Of a DNA stretch of 64,000 nt, positions 29,468 to 38,597 are shown in pieces. Origin of the DNA: Candidatus Zixiibacteriota bacterium (GTDB taxonomy: Bacteria > Zixibacteria > MSB-5A5 > UBA10806 > 4484-95). The stretch lies in NCBI GenBank assembly GCA_037441845.1, contig JBBIRK010000006.1, forward strand, positions 160,001-224,000. The letters run 5' to 3'. The notes beneath the pieces were generated by a model. The model was not told the origin of the DNA, made no database searches, and saw only the letters and a list, made by a program, of their open reading frames with translations. The first letter of the stretch is position 1; each line of letters opens with the position of its first letter. A program made the translations under genes and the position numbers.

Positions 29468-30405
29468 TTCCCGTTGTCCTTTTTGTCCTGACCTGCGGCT
29501 TCGGTGGCCGCCTGCGCCCAGGTCTTGTTTTGCCCTATATGCGGGGCCGCCCAAGTCAATTTATAGCCGAGCGCCCGGGTGACCTCCGCTTCTATTTTAC
29601 TGCCTCTAATATTAGGTTCGTCTTCCCATCTGACGGTGTGATAAGTGAAATACTTGCCGATAAAGTGAGTCATGTGGGTGAACGGCAGATAAACGAAAAA
29701 CAAGGTCGTCAATATCAGGTGAAGTTGGGTGATCGTCGGCAAAGAGGGCGTGGCTTTCAAAGTAATCATGCCGCCGGCGAAAGAACGCAGATGCCCCAGC
29801 GATGAATCGGCCGTAAGCCACGACAAAAATCCGGTGACGAAAATCGCCAATAAAAGCAGCAAGTTGAAATAATCCGCTCTTACCGAAAATTTCCTCAGCT
29901 CCGCTCGAAAGATGCGACTTAAAAACAATCCGAACGCGCCGATCGCACCCAATACCCAGCCTGCCACCCCCGTAATGATCGTGAAACCGTTAAGCAACCT
30001 TCCCCAGGTGCTTTCCGATGCGCCGGAAATCTCGATTCCCATGGTCTGCAGGACCCCTCCGATAAGCAACAAAAAGATCGTAGCCGTCAGCAAATAAAGA
30101 CCGAAATGAAACGGAAACGAAAAATACCAGAGCTTGCGATTATTGCGATACAGCGATTGAATCGCCAAAATCTCGCGCCCCATTTCCGCTATTTCGCTTC
30201 CCACGGCGATCTGACGGGGCTTGGTCCACCAGTTTATCTCCTCGAAATACGAACCGCCGTAATGTTCCTTGCCCTTTTCGTGGGGAATAGGATAGAGCTC
30301 CCATCTCACGTGCAAAGGCATTCTGGCGATCCGGATCGCTCTAATAAGACATCCTACCACCAAAACAATCACCGCAAAGTAGAACACGAATTGTAACCAA
30401 TTCAT
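29464..30405 (-). CDS. DsrM/NarI-like membrane cytochrome b, paralog 2
   Basis: P.HVRWELYPIPHE, FPFHFGLYL, LHL...YLPFTHMTHF; about 5-6 transmembrane helices. Confidence 0.88.
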   Translation of the reverse strand: MNWLQFVFYFAVIVLVVGCLIRAIRIARMPLHVRWELYPIPHEKGKEHYGGSYFEEINWWTKPRQIAVGSEIAEMGREILAIQSLYRNNRKLWYFSFPFHFGLYLLTATIFLLLIGGVLQTMGIEISGASESTWGRLLNGFTIITGVAGWVLGAIGAFGLFLSRIFRAELRKFSVRADYFNLLLLLAIFVTGFLSWLTADSSLGHLRSFAGGMITLKATPSLPTITQLHLILTTLFFVYLPFTHMTHFIGKYFTYHTVRWEDEPNIRGSKIEAEVTRALGYKLTWAAPHIGQNKTWAQAATEAAGQDKKDNGK

Positions 30406-30640
30406 TCACTTACTCCCTTGCCCTTTCGCCGGTTTCCGGCTTGCGTTCGATTGCATAAGCGAAACGGCTGATATTTTCGCCGCGCCCGATGGCCGCAGTT
30501 CCGATTGATCGCAGGCGATCGATTTCCATAAAATATATTGTTCAGTAGATGATATTCTATCCGAGATTGAGAAAAATTTCTCTAAGTTTTCCATAAAAAT
30601 CGGGTCTGAGTATTGAATCGACCCTTAAACTTATCGACAA

Positions 30641-30669
30641 AATATATATATGTATTTTATGCAATTCAA
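30641..30669 (-). promoter_or_regulatory. Putative sigma70 promoter of the second dsrMK-like operon
   Basis: Minus strand TTGAAT-N17-TATATT. Confidence 0.45.
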
Positions 30670-30699
30670 GTAATATTTCGCTTGTTGTTTCAAGATTTT

Positions 30700-30717
30700 A
30701 TGTGATTTCATTCACAT
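30700..30717. promoter_or_regulatory. Palindromic operator (Rex- or CRP/FNR-type)
   Basis: ATGTGA-TTTCAT-TCACAT, a perfect TGTGA-N6-TCACA core, in a divergent intergenic region. Confidence 0.62.
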
Positions 30718-30882
30718 GATCGTCCGGTTTTGATTTTCGTTGCAAGACAACCTTGCCGGCACCGCTTTCAAATCCGATTCGCTTTGCGGTATCCTGCGCA
30801 ATTATATTTTTTGCAACAGCTTGCGATAGTGGATAAATCACCCGCCGTTAGCTTTTCTGATCGCCGCCCGAGCGCATTGATC

Positions 30883-30912
30883 TTGACTGCATTGTTCGTT
30901 TTAGGCTATATT
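30883..30912 (+). promoter_or_regulatory. Putative sigma70 promoter of the dikinase-like gene
   Basis: TTGACT-N18-TATATT about 40 bp upstream of ATG 30951. Confidence 0.45.
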
Positions 30913-30950
30913 TTTTGATTAAATTGGTGTTGGGTCAAGGAATGGTATAG

Positions 30951-33500
30951 ATGCTTCAATGGTTTGATCATTCGAAACGCGAAAGCCGACAAGATCCAGC
31001 TTTTTTACTTAAAAAATTCCAGGGAAACTTCCAGCAATTCATCAGTCTGCTCGAAAAAAACTACCAGGTCCTGAAGACCATGACCGAAATGGAGGAAAGG
31101 GCACAGGGGAATGCCCATTTCGATCTCAATTACGTTCGCAATTCGATATCCTCGATCCGCAGCGGACTCGTGGAGATGATCGACCTGTTGATCTCCATCG
31201 GGGGGGAAAAATACTCACCGCTGTGGAATCGCCTTCGCCTTATCGAATCGGAAATCGAAACTCTTCTGCCGTCGATTCAAACTATCGAGGCCGACGATTA
31301 TGTGATCGAAATGACCGATATCGATCGCTTCCGCTCCGGCAGCGTCGGCAACAAGATGGCTCAACTCGGCGAAATCCGTTCGCGGATAGGGTTGCCCGCA
31401 CCCGATGGGTTCGCCATTTCCGCCTGGGCCTACAAGTATTTCATGGATGCCAACAATCTCGGCGATAAAATAGCGTCGATGTTAGGCAAGCTTAACCTGA
31501 GGTCGTTCTCCGAACTCGAACGAACCAGCGCCGAAATAACCGACCTGATCGTATCCGCACCGCTGCCGAGCGACCTCCACGAGGCGATACTCGTCGGCAG
31601 CGCTAGGCTGCTCAATCGGCATCCGGGAGCGAGATTGGCCATTCGTTCGAGCGCCACCGGTGAGGATTCGTTTTTCAGTTTCGCCGGTCAATATGCCACG
31701 TTTCTTAACGCCGGCCACGAGGAAATCGTCGATTGTTATAAGAAAATCATCGCCAGCAAATTCAGTCCGCGGGCGATCTACTACTGCCTCAGCCACTCCT
31801 TGTCCGAACTCGACATGGCCATGGCCATCTGTTGCGTGGTGACGATCGACGCCAAAGCGGCAGGCGTGATTTATACCCGGGATCCGATCAGTCCGAGCGC
31901 CGATTGCCTGTTGATAAACTCGATCAACGGATTGGGCAAACTGCTGGTGGACGGTCTCATCACACCCGATTGTTTTCGCGTTTCCAGGTTGGACCGTTCG
32001 ATTAAAGAAACGAGGATCTCGACGAAAAACAAATATCTGACCTTGTCCCCCGAAGGCGGTATAGAAGAACGTGTTGCCGATAAGGAACAAGCCGAATCGC
32101 CCTCCATCAACGCCGAGGAAATAGCGCGCCTGGCGGACTTTGCCCTTAGGATCGAGGATCATTATAAATGCCCCCAGGACATCGAATGGGCCATCGATAA
32201 GTCGGGGGAAATATACTTTCTGCAAACCCGGCCGCTCCGACTTTCCTTTCAGCCGGACGAGCCCGCGTTGCCGGATTTATCCGATCGCAAAATTATCGTC
32301 AAAGGGGGGACGACCATCTGCCGGGGTATCGGATGCGGCCCGGTTTTTTTCGCATCGTCGGTGGCCGATCTGGAAAAAATGCCCCACGGAGCGGTGCTTG
32401 TGGCCGCCAATCCTTTCCCGGGGCTGGTCAGCGTTTTCAAAAACGCGAACGCTCTGATAACCCGTTTCGCCAGCGTGGCCAGTCATATGGCGACTCTGAC
32501 ACGGGAATACCGAATTCCCACTCTCGGCGGAATCGAATCTTTCGACGGATTCAAACCCAACGAAACGATCACGGTCGACGCCGGCAGCCGGATGGTGTAT
32601 TCCGGGCCTTGCCCGGAAACGCTCAAAGAAAAGCAAACGAGCCGCGGCCTGTTCGACGGTTCCGACAGCGTTATCCTGCTTCGCAATATAATGAAATTCA
32701 TTTCCCCGCTTAATATGCTGCACCCGAACGATCCCGATTTCAATACGGACAACATAAAAACGTTTCATGACATAATCCGATTCGTTCATCAAAAAGGAAT
32801 CGAGGAGATATTCGCAGGAGCTCAGAACCTGCACGGCCGGGAGAGGATCAGCGCGAATCTGAAAAGCCATATTCCCCTCCAGATCAGCATCATCTATATC
32901 GATCGGGAAATCACTGGAACGCCGGAGCAGCCCGCCGAGATCGACGACCGGGTCATCGGTTCGAAGCCGATGCAGGCTTTATGGAACGGCATCCTGACCG
33001 TGGGCTGGCCGCATCCCGTCAGTCCGGCCAAACGGTCCCCAAACGATGAATTGATCTCGACCTCGGTCGCCGGCCTGGAAAACAGCGAGTATTCCGAAAA
33101 AAGCTTTGCAATAGTGGGAAAAGAATATATGTTGCTCGGGTTGAGGATGGGTTACCACTTGACCACTATCGAAACCATGTGCACGCAAATCCCAAACAAA
33201 AATCATATCAGGATGCAATACAAAGACGGCGGCGCCGCGCTCGACAGGCGAATCAGACGGGTCAAGCTGATCGAATACATATTGGGCAGGCTCGGTTTCG
33301 AAAATAAGAGCCGCGGCGATTTTCTCGATTCGAGTTTCGACGGAGCCGAGGAAACCGTAACCCTGCACACTCTTTTCCTGCTGGGCAAGTTAATAATGAT
33401 GACCAAGCAGCTTGATATGGCCCTCTCCAACGACGCCGTCGCCGAGTGGTATCGAGATGAGATTCTCGAAAAACTCGGCCTGAAACCGGATAGGAAATGA
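30951..33500 (+). CDS. PEP synthase/pyruvate dikinase-like protein (ATP-grasp plus phospho-His swivel domain, non-canonical C-terminus)
   Basis: VGNKMAQLGE, AIRSSATGEDS..SFAGQY, GLGKLLVDG, PQDIEWA, LQTRP, SHMATLTREY; no recognisable pyruvate-binding TIM barrel. Confidence 0.85.
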   Translation: MLQWFDHSKRESRQDPAFLLKKFQGNFQQFISLLEKNYQVLKTMTEMEERAQGNAHFDLNYVRNSISSIRSGLVEMIDLLISIGGEKYSPLWNRLRLIESEIETLLPSIQTIEADDYVIEMTDIDRFRSGSVGNKMAQLGEIRSRIGLPAPDGFAISAWAYKYFMDANNLGDKIASMLGKLNLRSFSELERTSAEITDLIVSAPLPSDLHEAILVGSARLLNRHPGARLAIRSSATGEDSFFSFAGQYATFLNAGHEEIVDCYKKIIASKFSPRAIYYCLSHSLSELDMAMAICCVVTIDAKAAGVIYTRDPISPSADCLLINSINGLGKLLVDGLITPDCFRVSRLDRSIKETRISTKNKYLTLSPEGGIEERVADKEQAESPSINAEEIARLADFALRIEDHYKCPQDIEWAIDKSGEIYFLQTRPLRLSFQPDEPALPDLSDRKIIVKGGTTICRGIGCGPVFFASSVADLEKMPHGAVLVAANPFPGLVSVFKNANALITRFASVASHMATLTREYRIPTLGGIESFDGFKPNETITVDAGSRMVYSGPCPETLKEKQTSRGLFDGSDSVILLRNIMKFISPLNMLHPNDPDFNTDNIKTFHDIIRFVHQKGIEEIFAGAQNLHGRERISANLKSHIPLQISIIYIDREITGTPEQPAEIDDRVIGSKPMQALWNGILTVGWPHPVSPAKRSPNDELISTSVAGLENSEYSEKSFAIVGKEYMLLGLRMGYHLTTIETMCTQIPNKNHIRMQYKDGGAALDRRIRRVKLIEYILGRLGFENKSRGDFLDSSFDGAEETVTLHTLFLLGKLIMMTKQLDMALSNDAVAEWYRDEILEKLGLKPDRK

Positions 33501-33611
33501 ACGACCATGGACCACCGGCCTAAATCGTCTGCAAAATGAACCGTAACTGTCGCGAGCTCGGCGATCTCTTGTAATCGGCCGCATTCGCGCTTTTTGATCA
33601 AGGAGAGACCG

Positions 33612-34136
33612 ATGGAAAAACTAACTGCAGCCGACATAATGATACCGCTGGATAAGTACCCCCATATTCCTTATTGGTACACCCTGCGGCGCGCTATAGT
33701 GGAGATGGAAAAATCCGAAATCGATATCGGCGGAAAAAAATCTCTTCCCCGGGTCGTCTTGATTTTCGACGAGAAATACCAACTTTTGGGGATGGCGCGC
33801 CGCCGCGATATCCTCAGAGGCCTCGAGGCCGAATTTTTGGATACCGGCTCGGCCGAATCGAAAGGACATGCTTTCGGGGTCAAGACCGATCCCAACCTAC
33901 TGGAGATCTTCTCCGAAAAATGGATTCACGGCCTGAAAGAGCGCGCCGAACGACCGGTCAGCGACATAATGCTGCCCATAACCGCCACCGTCGAACACGA
34001 CGACCATATTCTGAAAATCATCTATAACATGGTGGATAAAAATCTGAGCCTGATCCCGGTTGTCAAAGACAAACGCATCGTCGGTGTGGTACGATCGGTC
34101 GATGTTTTCCATGAAGTCGCCAAGTTGCTTATGTGA
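33612..34136 (+). CDS. CBS-pair domain protein
   Basis: TAADIMIP..KYPHI, PVSDIM.P..., LIPVVKDKRIVGVVRSVDVF. Start taken at ATG 33612 after AGGAGA. Confidence 0.88.
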   Translation: MEKLTAADIMIPLDKYPHIPYWYTLRRAIVEMEKSEIDIGGKKSLPRVVLIFDEKYQLLGMARRRDILRGLEAEFLDTGSAESKGHAFGVKTDPNLLEIFSEKWIHGLKERAERPVSDIMLPITATVEHDDHILKIIYNMVDKNLSLIPVVKDKRIVGVVRSVDVFHEVAKLLM

Positions 34137-34165
34137 TGACGTCTATAGCGAAGTTAAGGAATTGA

Positions 34166-35704
34166 ATGGTGTTTGGGAAAAAGAAAAAAACCGGACAGAA
34201 AATGTCCGGCAAAGGTGATTTGCCGCCGCTTCCAAGCGAAGTCTATCTTGCACCGCAATCCGAACGATTCAACTGGAATCGCCTGATTTTTATCCTTCTC
34301 GGCCTCTTTTTATTCGCCGTTGTCTATCTGGCGCCGCCCATGCCCAATGCGGTCGATCCCGCAGGAAAACATTTCGCCCTTATGCGCGAGGGGAAAGCGG
34401 CGATCGCCCTGTTTCTCCTGGCGGGAACTTGGTGGGTGTTCGAAGTCATTCCGATCGGTGTCACCGGAATCGCCATCGGCGTCATTCAGGCGCTGTTTCT
34501 GATCCGACCCGCCAAGGCCGCATTCACCGATTTCATGGACCCTTCGGTTTGGTTCATCTTCGGCGCCCTGGTTATCGGAAGAGTCTTCACCAAGACCGGT
34601 CTTACTCAACGTATGGCTTATCGCATGCTGTTGATGGTCGGAGAGCGAACCAGCATGATCTCATTCGGCTGTATCGCAATGACCGCTCTGCTTACGCTCA
34701 TCATGGCTCACACTGCAGTGGCCGCGACCATTTTCCCGCTTTTAATGGCGGTTTATGGACTTTATGATGAAACCGGAAAACCCTCGAAATTCGGCAAGGG
34801 CCTTTTTATCGGCATGGCTTATGTGGCCGGCGCGGGAAGTATTGTAACTTTGTTGGGTGCCGCGCGTGCCCCCGTCGCCATCGGATTCTTCAAAGACATG
34901 GCAGGAAGGGAAATTTCGTTTTTCGAATTGACATACTTCATGTTGCCGCTCGGCTGGGTCATGGTGGTTCTGATATGGGTCTTGCTGAGATTGATTTATA
35001 AACCCGAGAAGGCGAAAATCGAAGGCTTAAGGGAAAGGGTGGCGATGCTTAACGACAGGCTGGGGCCGATGTCAAGAAATGAAAAAATCTCGCTCTTGAT
35101 CGTCTTCGGGGCGATCTCGATTCTCGCGCTCAGGTCGTTTATACCCGCGCTCGCCCCGCTCGATAAGAGCGCCATCATTCTGTTATCTACGGTTTTATTT
35201 TACCTTTTCGGAATTCTCGACATTAAGGATCTCGAAGAATTGCCTTGGAATATCGCGCTTCTTTTCGGCGGCGCCATGAGCATCGGTTTCTGTCTGTGGC
35301 AGACCGGTGCCGCCAGTTGGCTCGCGGTGAATTGGCTCGTGCTGTTCCAGAATGCGCACTGGCTGGTTTTCGTCCTCGGAATCGCGGTCTTCGTTATGCT
35401 GATGACCAACTTTATCATGAACGTGGCGGCCATAGCGATCAGCCTGCCCGTAGCTCTGGTAATCGCCCAATATCTGGGAGTTGCCCCGGAAGTCGTATTC
35501 TATTCAGCCCTGGCCACGGCTGGAATGCCCTTCTTGCTGTTGGTTGGAGCAGCCCCCAACGCCATCGCCTACGAAAGCAGGCAATTCACCTCCGGCGAGT
35601 TCTTGTTCACCGGTATCCCCGCCAGCATTATTTTGACCGGGGTACTTGCTCTTTTCATTCTGGTCGTATGGCCTTTGATGGGGATGCCGATTCTCGTCCG
35701 TTGA
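34166..35704 (+). CDS. SLC13/DASS-family anion:cation symporter (candidate sulfate transporter)
   Basis: WWVFEVIPIGVT, TKTGLTQRMA, PWNIALLFGGA, TNFIMNVA, GAAPNAIAY; many transmembrane helices. Confidence 0.88.
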   Translation: MVFGKKKKTGQKMSGKGDLPPLPSEVYLAPQSERFNWNRLIFILLGLFLFAVVYLAPPMPNAVDPAGKHFALMREGKAAIALFLLAGTWWVFEVIPIGVTGIAIGVIQALFLIRPAKAAFTDFMDPSVWFIFGALVIGRVFTKTGLTQRMAYRMLLMVGERTSMISFGCIAMTALLTLIMAHTAVAATIFPLLMAVYGLYDETGKPSKFGKGLFIGMAYVAGAGSIVTLLGAARAPVAIGFFKDMAGREISFFELTYFMLPLGWVMVVLIWVLLRLIYKPEKAKIEGLRERVAMLNDRLGPMSRNEKISLLIVFGAISILALRSFIPALAPLDKSAIILLSTVLFYLFGILDIKDLEELPWNIALLFGGAMSIGFCLWQTGAASWLAVNWLVLFQNAHWLVFVLGIAVFVMLMTNFIMNVAAIAISLPVALVIAQYLGVAPEVVFYSALATAGMPFLLLVGAAPNAIAYESRQFTSGEFLFTGIPASIILTGVLALFILVVWPLMGMPILVR

Positions 35705-35751
35705 TTTCGGCGCGACAGATGCGTCCGGACTACTCAAGCATGAAATTCGGC

Positions 35752-38334
35752 TTAGTTGTTTTTTAAAAACTGAATGAGGTTCGTACCCTTATTCGCGATA
35801 CCGAGTTTCTTGCGGATCATTTCCCGATGTTTACTGACCGTTCCCAGCGTCAGCGACAGCGAACGGCTGATCTCTTTGGATGTATAACCGCTCTTGATCA
35901 GGCTGCAGATTTCCGCCTCGCGCGGAGTCAATTTCGAATATAATCTGCCCACGCCGCCCGCCGAAGAGGCCATCTCCTGCAATTGATTCTGGAGCAGCTT
36001 GTAATTGGCCATGTTTACGCTGCCGTCGTTGTTCAAAATCCTTTTCAGCGTGGGCAGCAATACCCGATCGATATCGTCGGCGAGCTGCTTTTTAATTTCC
36101 TTCTTTTCTTTCTCGATAAACGACAGCACCTCTTTCAAGGCTATATTGGCCTCTATCAGCGCCTCGTGTTCTCTCGCCAATCTTTCCCTGCTGATAATCT
36201 CACGTGTTTTCTTGCAGACTATATCGATCACTTCCTCGAGAAATTCGGCCGCCGCCCGATCGGGACGAGTCCCGTCGAATGGATCATCCACCGAAAGCCA
36301 CCCCTCGATATGTCCGCTGTCGTCGAGTATCGGCGAAAAGAATTCATCACCGGAACGCCATGAATTCTCTTTGCCTGCCGGATTTACCGCCTGCGGTATG
36401 AACCTGCCCGTTGCCTTGAAGTCGAAACCGGCCTCCTCAGGAATGAAGTATGATCGGCTTATCTTGAAACGTGCATCGGTTATCGCTTTCGAAATAGAAA
36501 GATCGGGCGCCGGTGCTCTCCTTGCCCTTTCCACGACCTCCTTATCGAGCCCGACTTGGCCCAAATTCGTAATTTCCCGCTTTTCGTTATGGAATGTCAT
36601 CACGGCGCGGCGAAATTGTCGGCCCTCGTAGATCGCCCGACAACCCAACTCGAGACAATCATCGATAGTCTTGGCGGAACGCAGATTATTCAATAGATTC
36701 AATCGCGCCTGACCGATAATCCTGCCCTTCACCAAACCGGTGATGTCGAGAATCGCGCCGAAAGCGCCGGCATAACGGCCGTCGGAGGCGATCCTCGGCG
36801 AGGCGGATACCAGAATGGTCTTGCGGTTGCCCTTAGCCGTCTTTATCGATAATTCGTATTGTGAATTGATCCCTTTTCGACGCACCGCCGTTTGCTGTCT
36901 TATCAATTCGAATTGGTCTTCGTCCAGATATTCCATCAGCGATTTTCCCACCATTGCCTCGGGGCTGTTTTCCTCGAAAATTCCGGCGAATGCGGGGTTG
37001 CAAAAGCTTATCACTTCGCGGTCATCGACTACGCCGAGCCCTTCGAGCACCGAATTGAATAACATGTTATAACGATGTTCGGATTCGGTGATCGCCCGCA
37101 CTCCCTGCTTCTGCCGGGTGATATCGTCGGTATAAACGACGACCATATCCTCCGGCGCGTAAACATACGTGACCGCCAAGTCCTTTACCTTTCCAGTCGA
37201 TTTATAGCGGTGTTCGTATTCGCGTTTTACCGGCGATTTCTTATTGTAACATTCCCACAGATCGGCCACTATATTGGGCGAATCGCGGTATAACTCGTTT
37301 AAGGAAATTCCCAGATAATCGGAGATTTTTCCCTCGGTGATGTTCACCGCGGCATCATTGAAATCGATAAGATAAAAATCATCACACTTGAACTGCCAAG
37401 TATAAGTCGCCATCGGGAAAGCCTTGTAATGCGCCCGCAATCTTTCTTCGCTTTCCCGCAAACTTCGCTCCGCCGCGATACGCTCGGTGGCGTCGATTCC
37501 CACAATCCAGTTGGCCCAGCCCGGTATTTGTTGAAAACCCGAGATATTCCACCACTCGATAACTCTTTTCGAACCGTCCTTCTTGCTGATCGGGCAATAC
37601 CCCACCCGATAAGCGTGATCCTCGCCGCATTTTCCTCTCAGCACCTGTTCTCGATGATCGGCTTCGACAAAGAGCATCCTCAACGCTCCTTTATTGCCGA
37701 TTATTTCGTCGGCCGCATAACCGGTTATTCGATGACAGGCTTCGTTCCAGGCGATTATGTATTCCTCCCGATCGAACGCCATGATTAAAATCGGCAGATT
37801 ATTGAATATCCGCCCCAGTTTTTCCTGAAATGCGTGGTGGGATTTTTCCAGCTCCTTGCGCCGGGTTAGGTCGCGGGTCACCCCTGCGATCTCCTTTATC
37901 GTTCCGTCGGGTTCCCTGATTATAGTCAACTTTATTTCACATTCCACCAGATGCCCGCGCTTATGCTTCAACTTATACTCGAGAGTCCTGATCGTATTTT
38001 GCGCCGGGCCGTCCGCAAAAGAGCGGCTTTTCTCGTTCTCGAGTTCTCGCAAGGCGTCCGCGTATGACTCCGGCGAAAGCAGTTCCGCGATTTCCATCGC
38101 GCAGGCTTCTTCGGAAGTATAGCCGAGTAAACTATAGACCGAAGGGCTTACGAACGTGAGCCGCAAATCCGGACTTATGGTCCACAACACATCGGATAGG
38201 AATTCCAGCAGTATCGGATCGAAATTACGCCGGTCACGCGAATCGATGCCGCCTCCGTTCCAATCGCCCTTTGTCGCCTTGCCGGCATTTTCGGCTTCGT
38301 CGTTATATGGAATGTTTTTCATTTTGCGCTCCAT
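35752..38334 (-). CDS. Multi-PAS, GAF-like, LuxR-HTH one-component regulator
   Basis: About four PAS repeats (FVSPSV..LLGYT, WNEAC..ITGY, FNDAA, CNPAF), a GAF-like GWLSVDDP segment, and C-terminal LTPREAEIC..IKSGYTSKEIS..L..T...HR..IRKKL. Start codon uncertain. Confidence 0.85.
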   Translation of the reverse strand: MERKMKNIPYNDEAENAGKATKGDWNGGGIDSRDRRNFDPILLEFLSDVLWTISPDLRLTFVSPSVYSLLGYTSEEACAMEIAELLSPESYADALRELENEKSRSFADGPAQNTIRTLEYKLKHKRGHLVECEIKLTIIREPDGTIKEIAGVTRDLTRRKELEKSHHAFQEKLGRIFNNLPILIMAFDREEYIIAWNEACHRITGYAADEIIGNKGALRMLFVEADHREQVLRGKCGEDHAYRVGYCPISKKDGSKRVIEWWNISGFQQIPGWANWIVGIDATERIAAERSLRESEERLRAHYKAFPMATYTWQFKCDDFYLIDFNDAAVNITEGKISDYLGISLNELYRDSPNIVADLWECYNKKSPVKREYEHRYKSTGKVKDLAVTYVYAPEDMVVVYTDDITRQKQGVRAITESEHRYNMLFNSVLEGLGVVDDREVISFCNPAFAGIFEENSPEAMVGKSLMEYLDEDQFELIRQQTAVRRKGINSQYELSIKTAKGNRKTILVSASPRIASDGRYAGAFGAILDITGLVKGRIIGQARLNLLNNLRSAKTIDDCLELGCRAIYEGRQFRRAVMTFHNEKREITNLGQVGLDKEVVERARRAPAPDLSISKAITDARFKISRSYFIPEEAGFDFKATGRFIPQAVNPAGKENSWRSGDEFFSPILDDSGHIEGWLSVDDPFDGTRPDRAAAEFLEEVIDIVCKKTREIISRERLAREHEALIEANIALKEVLSFIEKEKKEIKKQLADDIDRVLLPTLKRILNNDGSVNMANYKLLQNQLQEMASSAGGVGRLYSKLTPREAEICSLIKSGYTSKEISRSLSLTLGTVSKHREMIRKKLGIANKGTNLIQFLKNN

Positions 38335-38597
38335 GTATGCGCCCGCCGGCACGGCTTGAGACAAGTCAACCCAAGGATCGCCTTGCTGCGATATATCACA
38401 ATTAAGATAATCGCTTTTCTTCGTTTTACAACTCTAAAATTCGGCGGCTTGCGGTCAAGCATTGTGCCCTGTATCATGTGCCCATGTCTTGGCTTGCCCG
38501 AATCATGCCTCCGCTTCAGCTGCCAGCCGAACGATGATACATCGTACGTTTGAAATTTCGCTTGTCTAAACGATTTCTAACCCCTAATTACCCCCTG

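Noticed and set aside
30740..30770. Possible sigma54 promoter in the divergent intergenic region
   Set aside because: GG and GC elements are not at the required 10-bp spacing on either strand.
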